NCBI GenBank assembly: GCA_028023455.1
Contig: JAQFVV010000005.1
Coordinates: 19,282,001-19,346,000, forward strand
DNA from: Epiperipatus broadwayi
Taxonomy: Eukaryota; Animalia; Onychophora
DNA length: 64,000 bases
Direction of reading: 5' to 3'
The notes under the pieces were generated by a model. The model was given only the letters and a program-made list of their open reading frames with translations, ran no database searches and had not been told where the DNA came from. Shown in pieces: positions 38,079 to 51,412 of the stretch (its first letter is position 1; the number at the start of each line of letters is the position of its first letter). The translations under genes were made by a program, and so were the position numbers.

Positions 38079-41000
38079 TAGTTTTTTTTTTTATATGAAT
38101 ATGCTTATTCCTCTGCAATGTCATTTTCTTGTAGTTGACTTTTTCTCCACAATCTTGCATGTTGGCATTTATTTTTTATTATGACTTCACCTTGTTGGAT
38201 TGTAATCAAGATTTGTTACATTTCCTCACAAACAACTCATCCATCATAATCCCACAGATACAATTCTCACTGTATTCTTTGTAATAATCTCTAGGGGTTT
38301 TTTGCTGGCATTTCTGCAAAAATCCTATTTAATTGTTTCAAGTAGTCTAGTGTGTATGTGAATATTTGGTCATCATACAAATTAATTTGCAATTTTTAAA
38401 GAAATTGGAATATTCTGTTGTATTTTCATTTAGTGTCAATTTTTATTGTTATTAGGTATATGATGAAAAAACTTTTCTTCTTCATCTGCATATTAAAGTT
38501 GCTTTTGTTAGTCCACTAGAGGGAGCCTGGGACTCCAGTTCACGCTGTTACAGGCTCCCAGTTTTATTCACCAAAGTTATAGTCTAGTTTTGAATTCATA
38601 GAAGAAAAGTTTACTAAGATGTAAGTGAATACTTGTTTTATTGCCTTTTCATCTTTACAAGAAATTTTAAAGAAGTTTTCATTCAAGAATAATTAAAATT
38701 ACATATCGTTTCCGTTTTATGCAAACAGCTGTCATTGGAAATAGGCAAACGCTAGGTTAAGTAATTCTGAGAATCATTAGAATAACACAAATCTTTGAAA
38801 AATAGTTTTAAATGAAACTAAATGATTCTAAAAAGAATAGAGACACTAGAAATCTTAATTTTTTTGATAGAATAAAAAAAGAAAACATTTGGATATTAAA
38901 TCTCATTGAAAATGCTGAAAATAAAAACGTTAACAAAAATAGTTTTAAGAACTTTATCTCTGCATGAGATATTAATATTGTTAAACAAGTTTCTATAGCT
39001 GAAAACCAGTCAGGGAAGACAGAAAACAACCTAAGGAACATTATAGATACAAAAATTAATCATAAAATTAAGAAAGAAAGAAATCCTAGTGTTAAATTGT
39101 TCATAGGATTAAAGTTATGATATCGTTGTGTTGAACAGGTCGAATAAATTATTTTGAATTTTAATTCGATCTCAATTTTAGAATTGAACATTATAGATTA
39201 TGACTTAAGCTATCTTCCTCCACAAAAATCAAGTTTCACCAATGATCACAACAGAAGTTATTAGCCCATTTCCAGTGTGATTGGGGCATCACAAAAATAA
39301 AAATTTTCAAATCAACACAGAATTACAATGAAATGATTCCTCAGCAAAAAACAAACAAACAATGATTTAAAGGAAAGATTAGTACAAATGATGTTTTAGA
39401 CATAAGCAGAGACATTGAAGCTACAAATGATTCATCTTCTTTTTTAATTATTTCAAGCTTTAACAATAAACTTTCAGATTATACAACTGAATCCTTGATT
39501 CCTAATCAAGACCTAGAATTCAATCCAAAGAAGCAGAATCCAATTAGTATCAACAAATAATAACCATAATGAACCCTGAGGGACTTTATAGTTGGGTAAA
39601 TTGAACAGGTATTGTGAACATTTGCAGACACAGGAGGTTGATAATGATTACAAACAGACTTTCAGCTTTATTGACCTCAGTGTGCTAGGTGATATGGACA
39701 AATGGTGTGTATTCATGGTGTGCAAGTAAATCTGGCTTGATTCCAGACTACATTAAATCCAACTGTTGCATTGGTGAGCACAGGTCTGCACTCGTCATTT
39801 CTTTCACAGGGGTTGATGATGGCAATCATTGGGGGTCTGGTTTGTGGGTGCGGGCTGTTGACAATTATTGCCACTTCCAGAAAACCTGCTGGGAGGGTAC
39901 AGGGTCAAAGTTTTCAGCACCTTTACTGCTCTGATGGGCTGCTGCGCTCCCTTGATGGATTGTTCTTGGGCAGTGCAGATCTGTGCTCGTCCATATTATA
40001 ACGATCGAAATGAAAGTGAAGATCGAATCTAACCGCAAAACGATATCTGCAACTACCAGGGCGCCATCTAGGCATTTGAGCCTAGAAAAATTTATAAAGT
40101 AGGCAGATACACGCTGTTAAGATTCCACTTTATTTAAATATTCCGATCGTTAGCCCAAGTCACTAGCTCAGCGGAGACGCAGAGATAAAAATCTATATCT
40201 TAATTTATATCTTAAATATCAATAAATAAAAGCCACTGCCAGAAATTAACACATAAAAATATTTATTTACGCACATATAAAATAACATTTAAATTTTGAG
40301 GAATAAGTTTAACATTTTAGATTTTTATATTAACTTTGAATTTTACATTTAACTAAGTTTCAATGAGTTTAATATTTTATTTAGATAGTCAAGTATGAAT
40401 AGACTACATAGATCTGCATTTGAAAAGAAATATTCTTCCCTGCTTTAACCTTAGGCAACAAATTTCGCAACCAAACTGGCGCCAATCCATCTGATACATT
40501 CATGTATTCAATGTAGTATGATATGACAACACAAAATACTATACTGTCAGGAATGTACATCTGAACAATAAGTAGAAATAGAGAAGACCTTGACTCTCCA
40601 CCAACAGGAATGTTACATCTGTTAACAAGTAGAACAATAAACAAAAAACTCCATAGGAATGGACTGCGGTCTTCTGCTGACTACCCATCCATAGGCAAAC
40701 AGAGGGTGTGTGGCGTATATCTATAATCCTGCCCGTAGCGGACCTCATACTACATCTACAATTACACAAATATATCCAATCCATTGAACCAATTCAACTA
40801 CGAAATGAATAACCTAAGATTACCCTCCCTTAATATAACTTTACAAAACTATATAGCCATTCATGCCCGACTTAAATTTAACATTTAGATACATTTGCAC
40901 AAATGAATTTTATAAAATTTGTTTTAAAAATGTTGAGTATAGATCAGCTGCACAGATTCCACAGTCAAAAACATTCCAAATTAAACACAACCGATCAAAA

Positions 41001-42709
41001 TACAAAGTCATCGATAAACGTCACTTGCATAGGGAATAAACAAATCCCATTAGCATTCATCGTAAGATGCTGCAGTGATATCGTTGACCCATATATTCTA
41101 ATCGAATGTGAAAACCACAACATAATCAACCGCTAAAGAATCTATGCAACGTCTATACCCAACCTAAATTTCATCATTTAAAATTTAAACAATAAACACT
41201 TTATACAATAAGAAAAAAAAAAATGGAAATGATTTTTATCAATCGGAAAACATATAAAATTAAACATTATTGATTTGATTTTAAACTTAAAAAAGTCAGA
41301 TGGAAGTTCATAAGCTTGAACGAAAGTTCTTAGTTATTTTTAAATTTAGAGTTCATGTCAATATAGCTTACGGTAGAAGTGTCCAGGTTCCTGTTTTTAA
41401 TTCCCGTGACGTCTCCATTGGAAGATAATGTTCTGGAGGTAGCATTAGCTGGTTCCATTCTTGTATCACAGTCTTTTCATTTTATAATTTTTTTAACTAG
41501 AGAGTGTGGTATGTGCGTCCTACCACCACTCTCAAACATACCACGCTGGAACTGTCCGAAAAAACTATTTCCCTTTTTATATTATCCACATGGATTCAAT
41601 CAACAAAACGTCACTAATCCATCACTTTCGTTAGGGTCCGAGCCAAGGCTTAGTGCTTCCATTGGTCAAGCTAATTTCTCTTTTTTTTTTTATCTATCTT
41701 TCATCAGATCATTTTAATTATACACGAGCCCACGGCTAGCTTGCTTTTCAAACAATTTATAAACAATCATTTCCATTTACAGATTACAAGAATTAATTAA
41801 TACCTGTTTTTATTTTTAAATCTTATACTTTTTTTTATTTTTTATAAAAAAGTACGTTCAAATACTTATTTATTTGTTTTTGTTTTTTAAAAATATTTTT
41901 AAAGTTTGGCATCTGTGCAAATGTATATATGTTTAACAAACATTTTAATTTTAGCGTTTAGTTTTTTACTTTTATTTGCGAACTTTTAGGTTTTTATTTT
42001 AAATTAATGTAACGACATATGTATATATCGTTACAATATATAGATACATATTGAGTAAGGTTATACAACCCTTTTGTGGATATGTTTTTTTATCTAGCGT
42101 ATGTTACTTTGTTTTTACCTTGCAACATTGAACACTGTAATATCATGTAGCTGGTGATCAGTCACCTGTGTTTTTTTTTTACCTTAATAAAAAAAAAAAA
42201 AGTTGCTTTTGTTAATTATAATAAAACATTTTCTTCACTGATATTTGTTTTTATTTTCTAATTATAATTTTGTATTTTTTTTTTTTAATTTTATTGGTTA
42301 CAAATTCAAAATATAGGTATTAGCAAATAGATTTTGGTCTATATGGCAAAAATCATATATTATTTAAAGGTTAAAATTAAAGAACAATCAAATGATTTGT
42401 TGCTCACTATAAGTAATAGAATTGAGCTGAAATCTATGGATTTTGATTTCTGAGTCTGCCTACGCTGAACTAAGGAAGACAGTTAAAATATAGTTTATGC
42501 TCGTATTGTCCCCAGCCTTGTTGTTATCATTTTGTTAATTGTCTTTCCTACAATGTACTGATTTAATATTTGTTGAAGAGAATAAAGTATTTTCTACAAA
42601 ATTCTAATGTTACGATTGCTCTTCCCTGATGGAAATTGTTCATATAACATCACTAACTCGTTTGTTAATTTATTTTATCTTACATATACAGTTTTTTTTT
42701 TTTTTTTAG

Positions 42710-42877
42710 ATTTTTACCACAAAGCAAGATGTATTTAACTGAGGAAAAAATGGCTCAGAGGCTTCATGGGTTGCATATTAGTAATGAATATACGGACCAT
42801 GAGTTTAGCCATCATTCTCAAGACAACCCTCCACAGAGAAAGATGCCTGCTAAAAGTTTGCAAGAGTTAGAAGAACG
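42710..42877 (+). CDS. CCDC117: CCDC117-like protein, coding exon 3 (EFLPQSKMYLTEEKMAQRLHGLHI...KSLQELEER)
   Basis: T16-ag| acceptor; 168 nt open; donor CG|gttaat. KSLQELEERL resembles the RKLQEIEDRI coiled-coil motif recalled for vertebrate CCDC117. Confidence 0.88.
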
Positions 42878-45800
42878 GTTAATATTTTTAATGTTTATCA
42901 TTTTTGTTTTAAGATATATATATATATTATGTTAATGCTAAGATTTTCACAGCTAAAATGTCTGAACATATATCTTGGATTCAGTCATAGGTATGGTAAA
43001 TATCAACATTCTACTGATATTTTGACTAGATTTCACCTGTTACCATCAGAGTATTAGAAGTCATTCAGTTGTGTTTGAGTGATTTCCATTATTTGACTGA
43101 TGGCACACATCAATACAATATCCATATTAACCATACTTAAATATTTCTGAGATTATGTTTATATAATTGTACTGAAAGGATGTTTTAATTTTTATAGATT
43201 CTCTTAAACTTCATCTTTCATTTTCATTCCATCAGACTTGAAATACTTATAGTATTATTTTATCTTGTTTATGCATTTTTTTTATAGAATGAATTCCAAC
43301 TTTACAAAAATGTATTTTGGAGATCACACTAAATGTATTATGACATTAAAAATACTTAGCTTTTTAGATATTTTTTTTTTTTGTAATGTATAGAAAGAAA
43401 TTCAGTAACCTATTTTATTATTTGTCTGGTTAATACATTCTAGCATAATGTTATTGACTTCTTAGTCAACCCAACTTAAATATTCAAACTCCAATGATCT
43501 GAATTTTTGGGGATCGTGATTATAATTTGCAGTCCCATGTTTAAGATAGGTTGTAATAAACTTTTAAAAGTAGAATTTATGCATTATTGCAAATAATAAT
43601 CAGATAATGATGATATTGTAGCCATGATATATACATTAAGTAAAATCAGTGCACAGTGGAATTGTGGATTAGCGGATTAGAAATCATTATATGAGTATTA
43701 AATGCATTAAGGCTGCTCTGTGAATTTGGAAGCTCAAAAATCTATAGATCTTAATTTACTTTTGTCATTTTTGACACTTGAAGTATATGTGAACTTTCCA
43801 AATTACAGATCATTTGATTACCCATTATATACACAAATGATCCATTGAGCATAGTTTTTGGCAAGATAATTAATACTCCTTAAGTACATCAATCTGAAAA
43901 ACAGAAACAAATTATTGTTGTGCATATCATTCAATTACTAGTCAATTTTATTAATTGGATAACAGATTATTATTTTTTTTATAGATTGACTATTTGGATG
44001 GCTAGTTGTGTTGGCTATGAGCTGGCTACCTTAATCATTTGAAAATGTCCCTATGACTTGAAAAAAAGGTTTCCATTTGAATCCGAATTAGTCTTGATTA
44101 TGGCACACTAATATCTAAACCTTTTATATGAGACCACAATCTTATACAAAAATTATTTTAAAGCTATCTAAAATGGGAACTCCTAACTTATTATTTTATT
44201 AGACAGTTTTATAACTTGGCCCATATGAAATACATACTGGGTATTGGATATGTGTGAGTTTACTGGTTTGTGATAATAGTTTGTATGAGAATTCTTCAGT
44301 TTGGTTTTGAAGGTTGTTCAATGACACATTTATTATTGGAATAATGAAGTTCAGCCACCTCATTGCTTACCACACACTTCTTATACTAGTATCCTTTTCA
44401 ACCTTTATACACTGATGTATCTTAATCTGATCATTTGCTCCTGTAATAAAAGTTAATTCAAATCTGGATTAAGATCACATGCTCATTTTTCTTACAGTCC
44501 TTGTGAATTCCCAAAGCAGCATCATATATGAGTGCATCAGTAGTTTTTTATTCTTCCTTAGTGTCCAGTTTTTGCATACCTAGAGAGTCACAGTTCCTGT
44601 ATGCTTCCAAGAACAGATCTTTTCACTATATTTTAGAGCACTTGAAATAAGTTTGAGTAATCAGTGAAAACAAATGATAATATAGTGCTAAAATTTCCTC
44701 AGACCTTTTTCTGGTTTTTGTTTTTGTTAGCATGGATTAAGATTCAATATTGGAACTAATGTCATTATGCATTTGATGATCATCTTTTATACTATTCAAT
44801 TAAAAATCTTCAAGTTTTAAATCCAAGCTCATTTGCTTGTGTTTTAGATATATAATTCTGATATGCCAATCATAGGTTCTTCTACTATTTATCTGTAAAA
44901 GTTAATATCAACAATAATCTTACATGAATTTCTCATATGCTTATTTATATGCTTCCAGGAGCAATTTTTATCACCCTCTATTATAAACTTGAGTTGTCAA
45001 TGACCCTTGATGGAATAATGGTATAATATCCCCGTATCTGCTTTATGGCTTTACCTTCATAAGTGGAAACTGGAATTGAAAGCTGGGAACAATGCATCTA
45101 GCACAACTGCATAATTATACAAGTTGAATTTCTTTGGGCTCAAAATTTAAGGTTTTTTATTTTTTAATTTCAAGTTGTTGTGTTATTAGTATAAAGGAGT
45201 AAAAATGAGTGTTAGATGCATAAATGCATTAGTTTTAGCTAGTTCTCACTAACAAAGACAAAAATTAGAAACCAGACCAGGATCTTATAGCATTATACCA
45301 TCTGAAATCCACGAATCAAAAAGAAGATATCTCATAATCCGAATATAATTTTTTGAAACAATAAACTGAACCAAAAATCTTATACTATACTATTGAGGTG
45401 TGAGGGTTTTAACAGTCTAATTTATTTTCTTCATTTATCCGAGATTGGATCTAAAATAAATCCAAAAAAATAGCTTCCTTGGAAAGCAAGCATATGACTG
45501 CCTCTCTTTGGACAAAAAAATGCCCATACTAAACTTTTGAATATTTAATTAAATATTATCATGAGAAATATTCTCTCAAATCTTGTTCCTTGCAGTGGTT
45601 TCCTGCTTTTTTAGTATTTCTCCACTAGATATCAAAGCTAACATAGTTTCATTATCTAATATTCATCTCAAATCAAGATTCTTTGTTAATCCCTTCAGAT
45701 AATTTTAGAATTATGAGATAAAAAAAATGCACTTCCTATGAGATTTCAAACTTTTTTATATTTTTTTATATCCAATAGTAAAGCTAGCTGGGTGGAATAA

Positions 45801-46304
45801 TCCTGAATGTTATTGGATTCTCATCAACAGACTCAGGACTACTTATGACCACTACATTTATCTGCTCAGCAAATGGAATTTTACTGTCTCTGAATGTATG
45901 TAGGCATGGTCAATGGCTGTCTACAAAAAATACATTAAATAAAAATGATTATATATCAAGAAAAACCATTATTCACACATACATATATAATCAAATCATT
46001 CTCCATATAATGTTTACACAATTCGCCTAAATCTTATCATCTAATATCAAAGCTAATGAAATTTCAGATAAAAAATAGAACTATACTTTTTATCTTCAGC
46101 TGTTCACTTAAATAAATAATAAATAAATGGAATTCCTTTTATTATCTGAACATAATTTATCTTAATAATAGATGAGAAGATTAAGCTAGATATTATAAAC
46201 AGTGGTTAGAAAGTGATTTATATAATAGCCAATTTGGTTTATTATATATGTAATAGAGTAATTTATTATATCTATATAACATTAAACACGATCATTTTTC
46301 AATA

Positions 46305-47085
46305 GGGAAATACTGTTATAGTAATAAGTCTCAACAATTCTGTAATAAGAAAATGAAATCGTTTTCCTATTGATTCTCTTTATATGTATATAAAGAAGAT
46401 TGTCCAGAATAATTAAGGCAGAGAGCATGAATATTAATTAATCCAATTATTTTTATATTGATCAAAGAAATTTTATTATTATAACTTTGTAATAAATATT
46501 AAACGATCTGTATATAACAAAGTAATTCATCAATGTGTATGTAATGATGAACACAATCGTTTTTTTAATATAGGAAATGCTGTTACTGTAAGTAATACAC
46601 CCTCCCACCTCAGTAATTGCCATAAAATCATTTTCCTATTGGTTCTTTGTATGTGTAAAGAAGATTGTCCTGAATAATTAAGGCAGAGAGCGTCAATATT
46701 AATTAATTCAATTATTATTTTTATATTGATCATTTAGATTGATTTTTATTTAACTGTGTAAAGAAATTCTTTTTTTTATTATTTAATTTTGTAATTAACA
46801 TTAAATGATCTATGTGTAATAAAATAATTCACAGTATGAAAATATACATTAAACGTAATTATTTTTTTTAAAGTAGGAAATATCTTCGATCAATATAAAA
46901 ATATTGAAATAATTGGTTTAAATAATATTCATGCTGTCTGCCTTAATTATTGAGAACAATATTTTTTTTATATATAAAGAGGATCAATGTGAAAATGGTT
47001 TCGTTTTCTTATTGTAATATGATTGAGTACTGAGGTGGGATTTACTGTAACAATATTTCCTATTTCAAAAAATGATTGTGTTCAA
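46305..47085. repeat. ~270-bp unit in two direct copies and one inverted copy
   Basis: AAAGAAGATTGTCC.GAATAATTAAGGCAGAGAGC...TTTTATATTGATC at ~46395 and ~46660; reverse complement at 46888-47085. Confidence 0.8.
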
Positions 47086-47377
47086 CATTAATATATATAT
47101 AAACGTGTGCGCACACATAAAGAGAGAAAGAATCAATATGAAAAAGTGTAGTATGTATAGAGAAAAATAATACAACGTACATAAAAAAATTAGAAGTTTA
47201 AGAGAAAAGGTTGCTAAAAATATTACTGAAAAGGAAGACTAGCTAAAGAGTATCAGAAATGGATAGATTGTGTGCAAATGGATGCTATACATTTAGATTA
47301 CATGAAAGTTCATTATTTTAGATGTTTATATTGTATGTTGCTGCTTACATATTTTATGCTATTTTTATATTCTTCAG

Positions 47378-47512
47378 TTTATCTGATTACTTGCAAGAGT
47401 TTGAATTAGAAGAAGCTCCATCTAGTAATGAAACATTTCGTTTGCCTCCTGAACTTCAGAAAACCATTTCGCAATCGGACTTAATCCTTCCTCAAGAAAT
47501 ATTTAAAGAATT
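47378..47512 (+). CDS. CCDC117: CCDC117-like protein, coding exon 4 (LSDYLQEFELEEAPSS...LILPQEIFKEL)
   Basis: ttcttcag| acceptor; 135 nt open; donor TT|gtaagt; in frame with both neighbours. Confidence 0.88.
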
Positions 47513-48212
47513 GTAAGTATGATTTCCATTCGTGTAAGTGGGTGCATGTGCTGGCTTGAATTTACATTCAATTTTAAAATTCTTATTACTATAGCTTTAT
47601 TCCTCAAAGAGTATTGATAGTTTGGGGATTTATTAACAATTAAATCTTTCAAATAATTTAGGTGAGTTCATTAAAAAATCTTAATATTTTAGAAGAAAAT
47701 GTTTTATATAAAATATTCTCTAAATTTAGCAAAATATTTTATGTAATAAAATATGGGCTTGATTACCTTACAGTACTATCTAATTCATTTCTCTAACCAC
47801 AGGCTAAATTTATTCAGATTTTTATAAGCTTAGAATAAGGATTACTCAAATCATAGCATTTTCATACAGAGATTTGTATAATGGCAAAACTTCTCATTGG
47901 GAAAGTTTTATAAAAATTAATATTCGATGTGATTTTTTTTTTAGTTGCTTTACAAAACTTTATTGTAGAGTGGTTGATGAATCTGTTTGTCATGCTTTCA
48001 ACTTGCAATGGTTTAGTCCAAACTAAATAAACTTTAGAAATCTTTTCAGGTTATAAGTGTGTGTCAAATTTGCCTTTCCTAATTAATCCCAAGTCAGATA
48101 TTTAATCTATTGTAATATGATGTTCTCCATTGATAGGGAAGATGTTATATTTCTGTAGACATTGCATTTTTGGATTAACTTTACCATTATATTTTAATTC
48201 TTTTAGAAACAA

Positions 48213-48633
48213 GTAGGATAGTGGTGGCTATGGTTATTAAAGAAGCAAAAATACAAAAATGTATAGGCACTGAACTGAGTTCAGACCTATATGACAATAT
48301 AAGCTAATGAGTTTGGATTGAAAATGTTATTGTGTTTTCAGTTTAAGATTCATAGTTAAGCAGAGATAAAAGGTGGCTGCTGGAGGGTTGCATTAGATCC
48401 TAAGATCTAGGTGCAGTGCTCTCAGATCCAAGACTCCTCACCGACGAATGCCACAAGCCAGAAACTAATCTGGGGCTATTGGATGAGTAGGCACTAGATG
48501 GGGATTTATGCCAAAGCCTTCTGGCAGCCATTGATTACCCTGGCTTGCACTGAGTGGCAGTACTGTATGGAGAGTTTTGCCTGTTTAATAACAGTTATTA
48601 GCAAGCATAAGAAATGGTGATCATGTGATGTTT
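48213..48633 (+). mobile_element. Near full-length retrozyme-like monomer, ribozyme strand = +, core mutated
   Basis: Core 48441-48470 reads CCGACGA A UGC CACAA GCC A GAAAC UA AUC (U4 and G16.2 changed); ends at GATCATGTGATGTTT. Confidence 0.85.
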
Positions 48634-48756
48634 ATCGGCTTATATATATATACATGAAACAAAATTGGTTAATCAAACCATACACAGATGTTACAAATAT
48701 TTAATTATGTTTTGAATACATTGTTTATATCTGAGTATGTTTTATAATTATATATA

Positions 48757-49266
48757 TAATAAGAATACCAAACTTTCCATACAGTAGTGCCACCAAATGC
48801 AAGCCTTCACAATGAATGGATGCAGGAAGGTTTGTGCATAAAATCCCTATCTAGTGCCTACTCATCCAACATCCCCACACTAGTTTCTAGTTTGTGACTT
48901 TCATTAGTCTGGGAATGTTGGATGAGTAGGCACTAGATAGAGATTTTATGCAAAACCTTTCTGCATTCATTGATTATGAAGGCTTGTACTAGCTTTATAG
49001 TTAACCAAATAGATAAAAGATGGCTGCTGGAGAGTTGCATTGGATTCTAAGATCTAGATGTAGTGCTTTCAAATCCAAGGCCCCTCAGTGATGAAAGCCA
49101 TAAGCTAGAAACTAGTCTGGGGATGTTGGAAGAATAGGCACCATATAGTGATTTTATGTACAAACCTGATTATGAGGACTTGTATTTAGTGGCACTATGT
49201 ATGGAGAGTTTGGTATTCTTACTAACGGCATGTGTAAGCATATGAAATGGTGATCATGTGACGTTT
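48757..49266. mobile_element. Subfamily-B retrozyme-like fold-back plus monomer
   Basis: Fold-back at ~48905 inside the ribozyme. Second core at 49088-49117 reads GUGAUGA A AGC CAUAA GCU A GAAAC UA GUC UGGGG; ends at GATCATGTGACGTTTT. Confidence 0.82.
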
Positions 49267-49739
49267 TGATAATTATATATATACATTTGGTTTTGCATAA
49301 AAGCTAGATGGTTTACAAATGTAAATCACATGATTATAATCAAAGTTTACCAATGCCAGAAATCTTCAATCTGTTATCAAGGCAACTGCAACAAGTAAAA
49401 GATGTGTTAACCTTTTTTTTTTGTATTCAGAGCAGAGATGAGAGGTGGGGATTCATTTGAAATCTATTTTGTACTTGTGATGCTTGTCTTGTCAATAGAT
49501 TGCACATTCTTGGTGCTGGTAAATTTGGACTATAATAATGCAATTCAAATTCATATATTTTTTATAATATATTTCCTGTATTTGACATATTGACTTTAAC
49601 TACACTTTCAAAAAAACAAATCAATCCAAATAGAAATGTTATTGACAGCAACATTAAATATTCAAATTATACACATTTATTTTAGTTTCATATACTGAAA
49701 TGAATGTTAATAAGATTAATGTGATGTGATGCACTCTAA

Positions 49740-50545
49740 CTTCTGTTTATACAGAGTCAGGAATCTCTTAGCACCTATGCCCAGAAAAATTTGTTAGCCC
49801 CTTTACCTTCCCTTTCTATTCCATGCCCTAAGTTTTCCCATATCCTGCTCCATCCCATTTCCACAAATTAATCTCTGTCAACTCCATGGTCTTTATATCT
49901 AAATCCCCCTTATCTTTTCCCAAACCCAGCATAAAAACCAAAATCCACTTTCTATACAACCACTTTGTTTATATTTATTCTTCCATAATTTCATTATTTG
50001 TACCCTTTCTGCTTTCAGGCATTTACATTCAATTAACAGACGCTTAATAATTTCTATGCCTTTCTTCCACAACTTGCAGACAAATCATTAACATTTTTCC
50101 ATTTATGTGTATATTTCCTTGTTGCTAAAAATCAGTAAACTACTTTCCTTGCTATTATCATAAATTAACTCTCACCCAATATTCCTTTTACTTTTATATA
50201 TATCTAAACTCTTTTTACTCTCCATACAACACTCGACAATTCTCCTAACACAATCATATCACCTTTTATATAGGTATACTGACATAAATTCTTTATCCAA
50301 ATCTTCAGAAAACTGCATTACCTTTCTCACCCATCTTGTTGCCTGTCCTTTATTCATAACCCAATTAAATACTATTTTGGCTATTCTTTTATTGTCCATA
50401 AACTGCAATCTACCAAACATTTTTATTTTGCTTTTTGCATCTCATATAAAAACTTGACCATCCCATTTCTCCTTGAATTGCCATGTTTGCCATCCACACA
50501 TTTGCATCTAATGCATGTCTTCCTACTTCTCTTTGTACTAACACA
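49740..50545 (-). mobile_element. Non-LTR retrotransposon 3' fragment (post-RT region with Cys motif)
   Basis: Minus-strand translation QREVGRHAL, NMAIQGEMGWSSF, RLQFMDNKRIAKIVF, MESKKSLDIYK, YDNSKESSLL and CASCG, a typical C-terminus of arthropod LINE ORF2. Confidence 0.75.
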
Positions 50546-50569
50546 TGGCACATCATTATCACATGTTAA

Positions 50570-51412
50570 CCAAAATTCCGTATAGCAGTGCCACCTAGTG
50601 CAATTCTTTGTAATCGATGGATGCAGGAGGTTTGTACATAAAATCTATATAGTGCCTACTTATCCAATATTTCCAGACTAGTTTCTAACTTGTGGCTTTT
50701 ATCAATGAGAAGCCTTGAATTTGAGGGCACTGCACCTATATCTTAGGATCTAATGCAACCCTTCAGCAACCACCTATTATCTATTTAATTAACTATAAAG
50801 CTAGAAGGCCAGGATGAAAACACCATAATGTTTCCAACCTAAGCTCATTCACTTCTATAGTCATATAGATCTGAATTCAGTTCAGCATCCATACATTATG
50901 GTGTCTTTGGATGATCACCATTTCATATGCTTGCACATGCTATTAATAAGAATACCAAACTCTCCCTTCATACAGTAGTACCATCAACTGCAAGTCTTCA
51001 GTCAATGGATTCAGGAAAGTTTGTGCATAAAATCTATTTGGTGGTGCTGAATTGATTTCAGATTCTATGACTATATACGCTAATGAGCTTCGGTTGGAAA
51101 CATTATGGTATTTTCATCCTAGCCTTCTAGCTTTATAGTTAATCAAATAGGTAAAGGGTGGCTGCTGGAGGGTTGCATTAGAACCTAAGATCTAGATGAA
51201 GGGCTTTTAAATCCAAGGTTCCTCGCTGATAAAAGCTATAAGCTAAAAACTAGTCTGGGGATATTGGATGAGTAGACATTAGATAGATATTTTATGCACA
51301 AACCTTCCTGCAGTTATCGATTATATAGGCTTGTATTTGACTACTGAATGGAGAATTTGATACTTTTTTATAACAGCATGTGTAAGCATATGAGATAGTG
51401 ATAATGTAATGA
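50570..51412. mobile_element. Subfamily-B retrozyme-like tandem/inverted array, degenerate
   Basis: Cores at 50676-50705 (- strand, UUGAUAA...GAAACUAGUC) and 51226-51255 (+ strand, CUGAUAA...AAAACUAGUC); strand switch at ~51040. Confidence 0.8.

Noticed and set aside
42690-42709. Alternative AG acceptor 18 nt upstream of exon 3 (in frame)
   Set aside because: It lacks its own pyrimidine tract and would insert poly-Phe; the T16 run is better read as the tract of the downstream AG.
48220-48290. A-box-like TGGCTATGG and B-box-like GAGTTCAGACC in the repeat monomer
   Set aside because: Both deviate from the Pol III consensus, the A-like box varies among copies, and several T4 runs follow. Insufficient for a promoter call.
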